DNA of 64,000 nucleotides from Lingula anatina. Lineage: Eukaryota; Animalia; Brachiopoda. The position numbers were made by a program, and so were the translations under genes. A model generated the notes under the pieces. It was not told where the DNA came from and did not search any database. It was given only the letters and a program-made list of their open reading frames with translations. Positions 53,644-64,000 of this stretch are shown in pieces; the first letter of the stretch is position 1; each line of letters starts with the position of its first letter. Location: assembly GCA_051362555.1 (NCBI GenBank), contig JBPQGU010000016.1:2542001-2606000 (forward strand). The letters are read 5' to 3'.

Positions 53644-53823
53644 ATGAATAAAGAATATGAAGCTTTAAAGTATAGAAAAAAAACAGTAACTACAATTATA
53701 GATTATGCTGTTTTTTTAGAAGCTAAAAGATTATCTTTTGAACAAGAAATAACTTTTTCAGAATTTGTAAATAGAGCATTAAAGGAGTATTTAAAAATTC
53801 AAAATGAAAAATGAAAAAGATAA
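53644..53823 (+). CDS. 59-aa ribbon-helix-helix regulator
   Basis: KKTVTTIIDYAVFLEAKRLSFEQEITFSEFVNRALKEYL, similar to the 50255 protein (ITFSxFVN). Confidence 0.7.
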
Positions 53824-54007
53824 AGAAGCAAAATTTAATTTAGTAGAAGAAACATGACAAGAACTAACTAAAAAAATGTTTCCAAAACATAAAATGAAAA
53901 AAATGCTTTCAGAAGAATTTAAAGAACTTTTAAAAGAGTTTTTAAAAAAAGAAGGTTATATAAAAAAAACCGATTTGTTAGATTTTATAAAGAAAGGAAA
54001 AGAATAA
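53804..54007 (+). CDS. 67-aa RHH-like protein (code 4)
   Basis: SD AAGGAG. AKFNLVEETWQELTKK..LSEEFKELLKEFLKKE. Confidence 0.5.
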
Positions 54008-54010
54008 AAA

Positions 54011-55732
54011 ATGATTGATACAAATAAAAATAAATTAAATTTAAAAGAAATAGGAATAGTAACAATAGCTACAACTTCTTTAGTTGTTGGTGCTGTAGCT
54101 TTAGGAATGATTGCAAATCAACCTAAAACAGTTGTTGAAAGTAAAATTTCAAAAGAAAAAGAAGATAAACTTTTAAAACTTTTAGAAAAAAAAGATTTAA
54201 CTATTGATGAAATTAAAAAAATAGTTAATAAAGCTGTTTTAGATGCTTTAAAAAATGTTAAAACAGGTAAAGATGGTTTACCAGGACCACAAGGACCTAA
54301 AGGTGATAAAGGTGAACCCGGAATTAAAGGTAAATCTTTTGATAATTCAGAATTAGAAGCAATTAAAAGTACTTTAGATAATTTAGAACAAAAAATAAAA
54401 GAATATGGTGATTCTATTTATGATTTAAAAAATAATCCAAAATTTAAAGGTTTACCAGGACCGCAAGGTCCTAAAGGTGAAAAAGGTGACAAAGGCGAAA
54501 AAGGTGATACTGGACCAGAAGGACCACATGGACCACCCGGACCAAGAGGTGAAAGAGGTGAACCAGGACAAAGAGGAGAAAGAGGTTTACCAGGACCACA
54601 AGGACCAGCAGGTAAAGATGCGCCAGTTCCTACAGTTGAAACATTAAGACCATTAGTAAATGAAGTTATATCAAGATTATGAAGTGAACAAAATAAAAGA
54701 TTACAAGAAGTAAATAATGATTTAGCATCTGCTAGTCGTAGCTTACAATTAAGATACAATGAATTAAATACAAAATATCAAGAATTATATAGTGATTATT
54801 TAAGTAAAGTTGGTGAAGATGGTGAATTAACTTCAAAAATAGAAGAATTTAAAAATAAAGTAGATGAAACTAAAAGATTAATAGATTCTTCAATTGAAAG
54901 AATTGGTACAGAAAAACAAGCTATTGATGATCAAATAAATGCTTTAAAAGAAAAAGTTAAAAAAGTAATTGAAAATCCAAAAGATTTTGTTTGAGAACAT
55001 TTAGAAGATAATATTCAAGAATTGATAAATAATCTTGAAGCACCACAAGGTGAACCAGGACCAGGTCCAACTAAAGAACAAATTGCAGAAGCTGTTGATG
55101 CTTGATTTTTAAAACATCCAGCACTTTCAGGACCTAAAGGTGAACCAGGTGATAGAGGACCACAAGGACCAAGAGGTTTTGCAGGAGAAAGCGGAAAAGA
55201 TGTAACACCTAAACAAATAATAGATGCATTTACAGCCTTTATAAATTCTAATGCCTTTAGAAATTCTATAAGAGAAAAAGTTAGAAATTATGGTAATGAA
55301 GAATTAGAAACTTTAAGAACAGAATTACAAGGTATTAAAAATTCAATAATACCATTAATTGGAAGACAAACTACACCTGATGAATTAAACAGAGATATAG
55401 CATTTGAAAATGAATTACTTAAAAAATCATTATCTGGTAATTTAGGAATAACTGATGAAACAAAAGATGAATTATTAGAATTTGCAAAAATATTTAAAAA
55501 TGAAATTTATAAAGTAACACCTCGTTCACTTTTAAATAATGGAGTAACAACAAAAACATGAATATTTGGTAATTTTAGAATAACTATTTTTTCTAATAAA
55601 AAAACACTTGTTCAACTTGAAAATATGAATTATTCAGATACAACAAAATGAATTAGAATGCATGTTAATATGGTAGGTAATGGTTGAGATTTAACACCAC
55701 TTGAAAATAATGATAATGTAGATGAAAAATAA
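54011..55732 (+). CDS. 573-aa N-terminally membrane-anchored collagen-like / coiled-coil surface protein (code 4)
   Basis: Hydrophobic IGIVTIATTSLVVGAVALGMIA segment and several Gly-X-Y tracts. Open across TGA to TAA at 55730. Confidence 0.82.
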
Positions 55733-55764
55733 AGCGATTGAGAAGTAAATAGAAAGGAATAAAT

Positions 55765-55799
55765 AAAAAAAACGGATGATAAAATATCATCCGTTTTTT
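55765..55799. terminator. Bidirectional intrinsic terminator
   Basis: AAAAAACGGATGATA-AAA-TATCATCCGTTTTTT. Confidence 0.85.
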
Positions 55800-55982
55800 G
55801 TTATAATGTTATATGATCTTGATCTATTAAATTTATTAATAGACTTTTTCTTTTTTTTATTTTTTTGTTTAAAGATGTTTTCATGATATTCCTTTCTTTT
55901 GCAAAAAAATAATTACCTCTATTTTTATTTAAAAAATAGAGGTATTTTCTTCAAAAACAAACCAAAACGCGCATTTCACACA

Positions 55983-56036
55983 TTACTATAGACTATATAA
56001 TATTATATATATATAATATTATATAGTCTATAGTAA
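55983..56036. repeat. Perfect 54-bp palindrome
   Basis: TTACTATAGACTATATAATATTATATA|TATATAATATTATATAGTCTATAGTAA. The arms are exact reverse complements with no loop. Confidence 0.95.
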
Positions 56037-56116
56037 AATATATAAATGAAATGTATATATTTTATGAAAAAATCCAAAAATTCAAAATTTCAAAACAGGG
56101 GGGTATAATTTTTAAT

Positions 56117-57448
56117 ATGGCAAATAAACAACCAATTGAATACAAAAAATTCATTGATATAGGTAAAATCATATCAATTGTATTTACAAATTTAGAATTT
56201 GGACGTGGTATATATTTTGAAACTGAAGATAAAGAATTAAATAAATTATGATTAACTTTAAATAAAAAAAATAATATTAATGGTATTGTTTGAAGATTGC
56301 TTTATGAAAAAAATAAATATGGAAATCAAGTTTTAAAGTTTGATTTAATTAATTCAAAAGAAAAAGATATAAGATTAATCATTCCTAATTTTAATAATTT
56401 AAGAATTACAAATGCATATGAAACTGACATGATTCTTATGGAAATAGAAAATCATCCAATAACAGTTTCAGGTCAAGTTACACTTGATTATTTGATTAGA
56501 GAAAATTGAAATAAAGAAACATATAGATTGACATTTTTTTATCAAAATAAACAATTAACATTTGCAGAATTTTTAACAAAAATTCCTGATGAATATCAAA
56601 AAGAAAAAGTACAATCATTATTTAATATTAAAGAATACAAATTAAATAAATCAAATATTAATTATGAAAGAAAAAATCCATTTAATGACATTCCAGCTGT
56701 TCTTTTTTCAACACCAACACAAAAAAAATTATTAGAAAATGAAGAATCTTTTTCTGATCTACTTGATAGATTATTTAATGAAATGATTAATGATGTTGTT
56801 TATTCAAGACCATTTACAAATTTCATTACAAATAATAAAAACTTACCAAATTATTTTAAAAAATATGGTGTTCAACCACCAATCAATTTTTCAACAAATA
56901 CAGTATCAAGAGACGATAAATCAATAACTATAGCTCCAAAAGAAAGATTATCTGTTTTAACTGCTGCTATTGAAAAAACAATTTCTTTTGCTTTTAATCA
57001 AGCAAATACTTCTTATATTAAACAATTAGCATCTGTACCATCAAATTCAAATGATTTAGCAAATTCAGCTGGTTCTAGAAATTCAGACATTGCAAGATTT
57101 AAAACAAATTATTTATTAAAATTATTTTTTAAAAAAATATTTAAAATCTTTAAATTAGATAATAAAAAATTTAAAATATATCTTTTAGAAGCTGATCAAA
57201 GTAAAGAATTACAAATTAAAAATATAGCTGAACAAGTAGCTATGAATTTAATTTCAAAAGAACAAGCTAAAAAACAATTAAATGTTGAAGAAAATACAAC
57301 AGAATCTGAAATTGCTAAAGAAAATAAAAAACAAATTGAAACAGATATAGCTTCTTCAATATCAGAACAAAAAATAAAACCTGAACAAGCAAAACCTGAA
57401 CAAGCAAAAACAAAAGAAGAAACAAAAGATAATGTCAGCTCAAATTAA
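56117..57448 (+). CDS. 443-aa putative portal protein (code 4)
   Basis: Three listed ORFs join in frame across TGA. Size, an N-terminal DKELNKLW..NNIN..LLYEKNKYGNQVLKF pattern and a C-terminal LISKEQAKKQL helix resemble SPP1/A118-type portals. Confidence 0.65.
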
Positions 57449-60400
57449 GTTTTATATAAAAAGAAGTAGAAGAACTCCATTTTTTAAATTAAATTCAAAT
57501 ACAGATACATTTTTTTTCCCATTCTATGTACAAGATGAATTTGATTCAAAATTTACATACAATAAAATAAATTTTGAACGTGTATATTCTGGAAATAAAA
57601 CAACAACTTTAAAATTGATAGATTGAGAACAACAAATGGTTCCTTATGATTTAACAACAAATTCTGAAATACCTTTTGAAAATATAGATAAAAACAGTGT
57701 TTTTAAACGAAAATTTAACATAGGAACGTTTTTTATAGGTAAAGTTCTTTCTTTAAAAATTAGAAATCAATTTACAAAAAAATATGGTTTTATTCATCAA
57801 AAATTAATAAAATCTACTTCAGTTTATTTTAATTCTGAAGATAAATCTTTAGCTTCATTTATTTGAGATGAAAAAAATCAATCAATTAAAGAAGAAAATA
57901 TATATTTATTTTTTATGGCACCTGAAATTGCAGGAGATGATATTTTAAAACCAGTAAATGTTAATATTCAATTAGATTTATATGGAAGATTTATTTGTGC
58001 AATTGTAGATTTTACATCAGTTACTGAAGAATTTAAAGAAAAAGGCAAAAATATTGATGCAGCCATTCAATTTGGAGCTCCGGGTGAAATACCAATTTTA
58101 CCTACTGTTAAACCAACATTAATTTATAATCCTAATGTTCCAAAAAATTTAACAAAAAACAATATATTATTTTTTGAACCTGAAAAACAAATAACATTTA
58201 AAAATGAAAATAATGAAGATATAACATTAAATTTGTATCTACAAACACAAGGGACAAAACAAGCTTATATTGATGTTCGTTATTTTGAAAGAATTAAACC
58301 AATTAAAAATATTCAATTAAAAATTAAAGGTGAAGTTGGATTTGGTGGTATTAAAATTATTGGAAGAAAAATAATAAAAAATACTAAAAATGAAATAATT
58401 TATGGAAGGCCACAAAATTTATTTGTTCATAAATTACATGAACCAATTTTTAATGTCTTTGATAAAACAAAAAATTTTAATAATAATTTTATAATAATTT
58501 CTAATTTACAACCTATACGACAAATTTGAACAGATGTTCAAAGATTGGAAAGTTTTTATTCCAATATAAATCCTGATGTTAAAAGATCATCACAAATGAT
58601 TTTAAAAATAGATACAAGTTATGATAATATTATTCCTAAAAATGAAAAAAATGAAATATTAAATACATTTCCAATATCAAATTCAGATGAAAAATTTCCT
58701 TTAACTTCAAGAAATAAACTAATTGGAAAAAATACTATTGCATATTCAAAATACTCTGATTTTAAACTAAAACGTAATGATATAGTATCAAATAATAAAT
58801 TGATTGTTTATGATAATGATTTTATTAATATTTCTAAAATTTCACCTGAAGAATTTATAAATTTCAATCCATTTTTAATTGATAACATCCAATATTTACA
58901 AATTGGACAAACATTGCTTTCAAATAACAAAGGTGAAGCACAAGCAGCAGTTAATACATCAATAGGACTTGGATCAGATTTTATTTTTAAATTATCAAAA
59001 AAAATATTTGCATTTATAAAACCAAGTGCAATAGTTTCAACGTTTTTTCAATGGAGTCCTCATTCTTGATTTGTAGGAAAAAAAATATTAAAATTAAGTT
59101 CAAAAATCAATTTATTATTTTCACGTGAAATCATGGATTTTTTTGCTGCTGAACTTCCAAAAGGTAGAATATCAACTGATTTTTATATTCCACTTGATTT
59201 TTTTTTAACTGGATTTAGAAATCAATTTTCAAGATTTTTAGCAACAGAAGATATTAACAAATTTTTTAATATGGAATTAACAAATAGAGCTTTTTTAAAA
59301 AAGAAAAATAGTTCTAATATTGAATTGGTTGATACAGAAACTTTAAGAAAAGGAACATATTTTATTACTAAAATTCCATTTAAAACTGCAGAAGCTGATG
59401 AAGAAGGATTTTTAATAGATGCAATTGAAGTAACTGTTTTAGGACAAAGAATTTTAGAATTTTCTTTTTTTGATTCTAGCGGTGAACTTTCAAATTATTT
59501 TAGAATCAAAACACAATCTTTATATGCTTTTAATATTTCAGAAATTAAAAATACTATTCAACTTTCAAAATTAAATGAAAATTTTTCATCAAAAGAAGAA
59601 TTTATAGATACTGTATTAAATCAAAATAGAAAAGAAGCTGTTCAATTAGGATACTATATAGATGAAATTGAACAAAATATTAAAAATTTAGCTACAAGAC
59701 AAGAAAAATTAAATTATTTAAATTCATTAATAAATTCATTTACATTTCCTGAAATAGAATATTCAACTTCAATTTTACATGATAGAACAAAACAAAATTA
59801 TGTTAGAAACATAAACAAAAGATTTATTAAAGAAGTTGATTTTTCTAATGGTTGAAATTTTATAAAAAAACATATTAGATATATAGGTCAAGAATTTACA
59901 TTATTTGAAAATATTGGAGAAGCTAGAGATTGAATACTTAATAAATTTAAACTTAAATTAACAACTAAAACAAAAATAGATTTAGAAGTTAATACTGAAA
60001 ATTATTTAACTATACAACAAAAAGATTTTGATGAAAATCCAGAAGTAACTAGAATAGTACATGGAAGAGGTACACCGCCAGGTGGAAGAAAAGTAACTGT
60101 TGTTGAAGCTCCAGAGCTTAAATTAACTGATACAACTTCTGTTTCAGTTTCATATTTAGATGAAATACCTAAATCTAAATGAGTAAGAACAAGTCCATTT
60201 AAACAAATAAAAGAAAATTGAAATTATCCGCAAGAATTATCAAAATTAAAAAATTATTCTGATTTAAATAACATAACAAGTAATTTCCATTTACGTTTCG
60301 AATTTGAAGGAGATGATATTTTAATTAAAAGAACTTTTAATTTATGAAAATATTACTCTCCAAATGTATTTCATAGCCCTTATTCATGATCAAACTTTGA

Positions 60401-60653
60401 AGGTAATGGTCAAGAAATAGTTTTACAAAACGGAGATGAAACTTCACAATATAGAGATTTATTTTTAAATACATTTGACATTTATATTGAAAATTTAGAT
60501 GTTACATTAAATGTTAACACTGGTAAATTTGAAATATCATTTTTAATTAAAAGAATAAATTATGTACATTCTAGAGGATATAAAATTGATACAACAAAAA
60601 GAATGTATCATGAATTTTATATAAATTTTAAAATGGAAATGTTAAAAAAATAA
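57432..60653 (+). CDS. 1073-aa putative tail/structural protein (code 4)
   Basis: Listed ORFs at 57432, 57636, 57915, 58545 and 59133 share one frame, broken only by TGA. It ends in a TAATG overlap with terL. Function is inferred from position. Confidence 0.7.
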
Positions 60654-62398
60654 TGAATAAAGACTATTTAAAAAATTATTCTTTACAAAAAAAAACAAAA
60701 AATTTTGATTTTGAATCAGAATGAAAAAAATGATTATTTTTTATTGATACTCAAAATTTAATTTTTTTTCCAAAACTTAGAAGAACATTTCCAGAACTAT
60801 TTAAAAAACCAACAGGTAGATTAAAAAAAGAAATTAAAAGATTACCTAAAAGTTGAGAAAATAGACCTGATTTTACACGTGAAGATATGTATGGTTCAAG
60901 AGCAAACGGAAAAACATTTAATTGAATACTTTATCAATGATATTTAAGAGATTTGTTTGCTTCTTTAACTTTTTGTTTTGTATGGACTAGAGTAAGGTTG
61001 AAAGAATGTTATGAAGTTTTTCGAACAATTCAAATGTTAGGTCCATTAGATTTTAAAAAAAGATTAAAACAAAAAGGTTATAGCAATAATCATCATCAAA
61101 TAAATAAAATTCATATTTCAAAAGATGAATTAATTATTGAATATGGCAAAAGTACTTTTAGAGTTATAAATTTAATTGGTAGAACAGATTCAGTACATCA
61201 AGAAGATCATTCACTTGTTGGTTGAGAATTAGGTAAATACGATGTAAGATTTTTAATGTTTGAAGAATCATATCGTATGTCTGATTCAATGAGAGCAGCA
61301 GCTGGTGTTATATGTCGTAATCAACAGGTACTTTTTAGAATAAATGTATTAAATAATTGATCATATAAATCAGAATTAATTAAAGATTTAGATGAACAAT
61401 TACCATTTGATGGTTATAAAATGGGAAAAAATTTTATTTCAAGTCTTAAAGATTATAAAAATAAAGAAATTATGGAAAAAGTTCAAGGTTTTCAATATAA
61501 AGAAATTAAAGATCAAAAAAGAGTTATTTGAAAATTAAATCATATTCCATTGTTAAGAGCTAATTTAATTAAAATGGAATATGTTGAAAATTTATGATTT
61601 GAAGCTACACGTGATAAATTAAGAAAAGACACAATTTTATGAGGTAAAACTGGTAACTTAGAAACTGGTATGTTTTCTTTGTATATGAAAAAAATTGTTG
61701 ATATTTCTTTTGAAGACAATATAAAAGATTTTAGAACAAATGAAAATTGAATACATTCACATTTTATGGTAGGTATTGACTTAGGATATACTTTTGATAA
61801 AACTGTTGCTGTTATTGTAGCTATTTCACAAGATTTTAAAAAAATTAGAATATTAGATACAAAAATCATAAAAATAAAAACAACTGTTTTAGATATAGAA
61901 AAACAAATGCTATCAATTGTTGATTTTGTAAAAAGAAAATTAAAAATTTATGGTTATAATTTTGAAGAATATTGAGTTTCTGCAAATACAGTTCATGCAG
62001 TTCAACTTTCAATTGAAACTAAATTTCAACATATTTTTGGTGAAGAATTATTCTATTTTTACAATTTTAAAAGACCGCTTCCATTACTTGAAAGAACAAA
62101 TCTTTTAAAGCAATTAATTTCTAATAATGCTTTTGAAATTGTTAAAACACAAACTAATCAAAATTTTAAAATAGAATTAGAAAATTTAACATATGGAAAT
62201 ATAAACATTCCATGACAAACAAAACGTTTAGGTGAAGATGATATTGTTGAAGCATTTGAAAATGCAATTTTTCCAATGTTTAATCGCATATTTTCAAAAG
62301 CATTTACACGTTGATATGATTTAGGTCCTACTGATTATTCAGATGCACAATTAAATTTAAAATCAGAATTAGAAAAAATAAAAAAACCCACTAAATAA
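60653..62398 (+). CDS. terL: 581-aa terminase large subunit (code 4)
   Basis: Walker A GSRANGKT, Walker B FLMFEES, RNase-H-like nuclease VGIDLGY and terminal EDDIVEA. I count 14 in-frame TGA against a single TGG. Confidence 0.88.
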
Positions 62399-62493
62399 GT
62401 GGGTTTTTTTAACTATAATTTAATACTATACCAAAAATTTTCAATAAAAATATAATATTAAAAATACTCTTAAATAAATTATATACTATAATT

Positions 62494-62970
62494 TTATGAT
62501 GGAAAGAAAAATTCTTCTAAGTTTAAATCTTTTTCAGATAAACCTATTTTTTCAATTTTTTCAATTTTTTCTAAATATTCATCAAATTTTTCAGGAATAC
62601 CGTTTCTTGAAATAAAACTATTATATTTTTTTTCGTATTCTATTTCATCTGTTTGTTTAACATCATGAGCTTTTTTTATAAATGGTTTTATCAATGCTGC
62701 TAAAACTATTTGAACAAATCCAGAAATTACAAACATGATTCAAGCACATTCTTCGCCATCAATTTTAATTTGTGATTTTCATTCATCTTTTGCAGATAAA
62801 ATTATTCCAATTAAAAATAATGCTAATGAACAAAAAGTTAAAAATCAATATAATAATTGAAATATACGTCTTATTCATGTAATTTTTGATCAACAAGTTG
62901 CAATATAATTAATTGTTGTATCATCTATTTTTAGATTTAATTTTTTATTGTTTATTTCGTTATTAAACAT
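62494..62970 (-). CDS. Second copy of the 158-aa two-TM protein
   Basis: Identical to 44090-44566. Confidence 0.75.
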
Positions 62971-63047
62971 TATTTGCCTTTCTTTTTTTTATTATAACTT
63001 TTTATATTTGATATCTATTTTCTCTACTATCACTTTTATGTTGTTTC

Positions 63048-64000
63048 TTAACGTTTTTTTCTTTCATTAACTAATTCTCTTATACCACTTGGACTACCCC
63101 TGCTACTATCTCTATCTGTGAAAGAACCAATTGCTCTAAACATTTTATCTTTTAAATCTTGGACTTTTTGATGTCAAGTAAGAGATTTATGTAAACTTTG
63201 TCCTCTTGAAGTTAAACCATCAATTCAGGCAGCAATTTTTTCATTTGTATTATAAGTTCTAACTAGATTTTGTATTGTAGCATCATTAAAACTAAAATCA
63301 TCTCTAACAACCATATCATCTATCATTTCATTAGCAGATAATATTGTTTCATCTGCTGATATTGGTTCTGGTCCAAAATGGTGAATTAATCTAAATGTTA
63401 TTCTTGTTCCATTAGCTGGTTTAATCACTTGTGTATAAGATTTATTTAAATCATAAGTATCAGCTAATGTAGATTTTACAAATACAACTTTTAAAAACTT
63501 AATTAATCTACCCATATGTTCCCAAGAACTTTCTTGATTTTCTCTTACATTAATATTTAATATTGAGTTTGAAGTAGTTATTCCATAATCACCTTTCATT
63601 TTAATACCTCTTGATGAATATATTTGTCCTGGATAAATTGCTGTTGTTTTTGTACTTAAATATGTTTTTGCTACTGAGCTATTTGTTTCTATTTCTGTTG
63701 TAAAACATCTTTTTCTATAAGTTCTATCTTGTTGTGTTTTAAAGAAATGTAATAAAGTAAAACAATTTTCAAGTCTTGGTGTAGCAGTAAATGTATATCT
63801 AGCGGTAGGACCTGGTTCAGCATTTAATAAATTAAATGAGTTTCAATTATAACAAGTAAAGGGAACAGTAAATCCTTCTTCCATTCTATTTCATAACATA
63901 TTATCAGTTGCATTTGTATCATTTGTAAATATTAAACCAGCAACAGCTAAAAATTTATCTTCTTGTATTAAATTGTTTTCTGCTTTTGATAATATGAAAT
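63048..64000 (-). CDS. Second copy of the collagen fibre gene, C-terminal part only
   Basis: Identical to 44644-45596. Confidence 0.75.

Larger units (their letters stand above)
42803..61200. mobile_element. One full unit (~18.4 kb) of a tailed dsDNA phage genome using TGA=Trp, probably infecting a Mollicute
   Basis: Abrupt shift to very high AT, no introns, AGAAAGGA Shine-Dalgarno sites, TAATG gene overlaps and intrinsic terminators. ORF fragments join in frame across TGA. Terminase motifs are present. Confidence 0.9.
61201..64000. repeat. Second tandem copy of the phage unit (repeats 42803-45596), continuing beyond the right edge
   Basis: AGAAGATCATTCACTTG.. occurs at both 42803 and 61201. 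Identical ORFs lie at 44090/62494 and 44821/63225 (offset 18404). Confidence 0.97.

Noticed and set aside
42803-64000. Mitochondrial insertion (NUMT) explaining TGA=Trp
   Set aside because: No OXPHOS, rRNA or tRNA genes are present. SD sites, terminators and terminase motifs indicate a phage, and AGA reads sensibly as Arg.
42803-64000. Decayed prophage full of nonsense mutations
   Set aside because: The interruptions are only TGA, never TAA or TAG, and frames stay open for over 1000 codons. This indicates recoding rather than decay.

Overview
The window has three parts. (1) 1-22020 is a very homogeneous 362-bp satellite array of about 59 units. One 629-bp TTAA-targeting non-autonomous DNA transposon interrupts it, and the array probably lies inside an intron. 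(2) 22021-42802 is animal DNA, probably a marine invertebrate such as a mollusc. It holds two tandem spliced alpha-carbonic anhydrase genes (+), a convergent RNF25 gene (-) and interspersed repeats. (3) From 42803 to the end the sequence switches abruptly to very AT-rich prokaryotic DNA that reads as long ORFs only if TGA=Trp (genetic code 4, Mollicutes-like). It is an apparently complete ~18.4-kb tailed-phage genome followed by the start of a second tandem copy (42803 corresponds to 61201). It encodes a terminase large subunit, and putative portal, scaffold, major capsid and ~1070-aa tail-like proteins. It also has two collagen-repeat proteins, three ribbon-helix-helix-like regulators and a run of tiny CxxC proteins. 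I could not recognise any replication, integrase or lysin gene. The supplied ORF track fragments these genes because it treats TGA as stop. Whether the animal-phage join is a real integration or a chimeric assembly cannot be decided here. Homopolymer deletions clustered at the junction favour an artefact. All protein assignments are by eye, with no database search.
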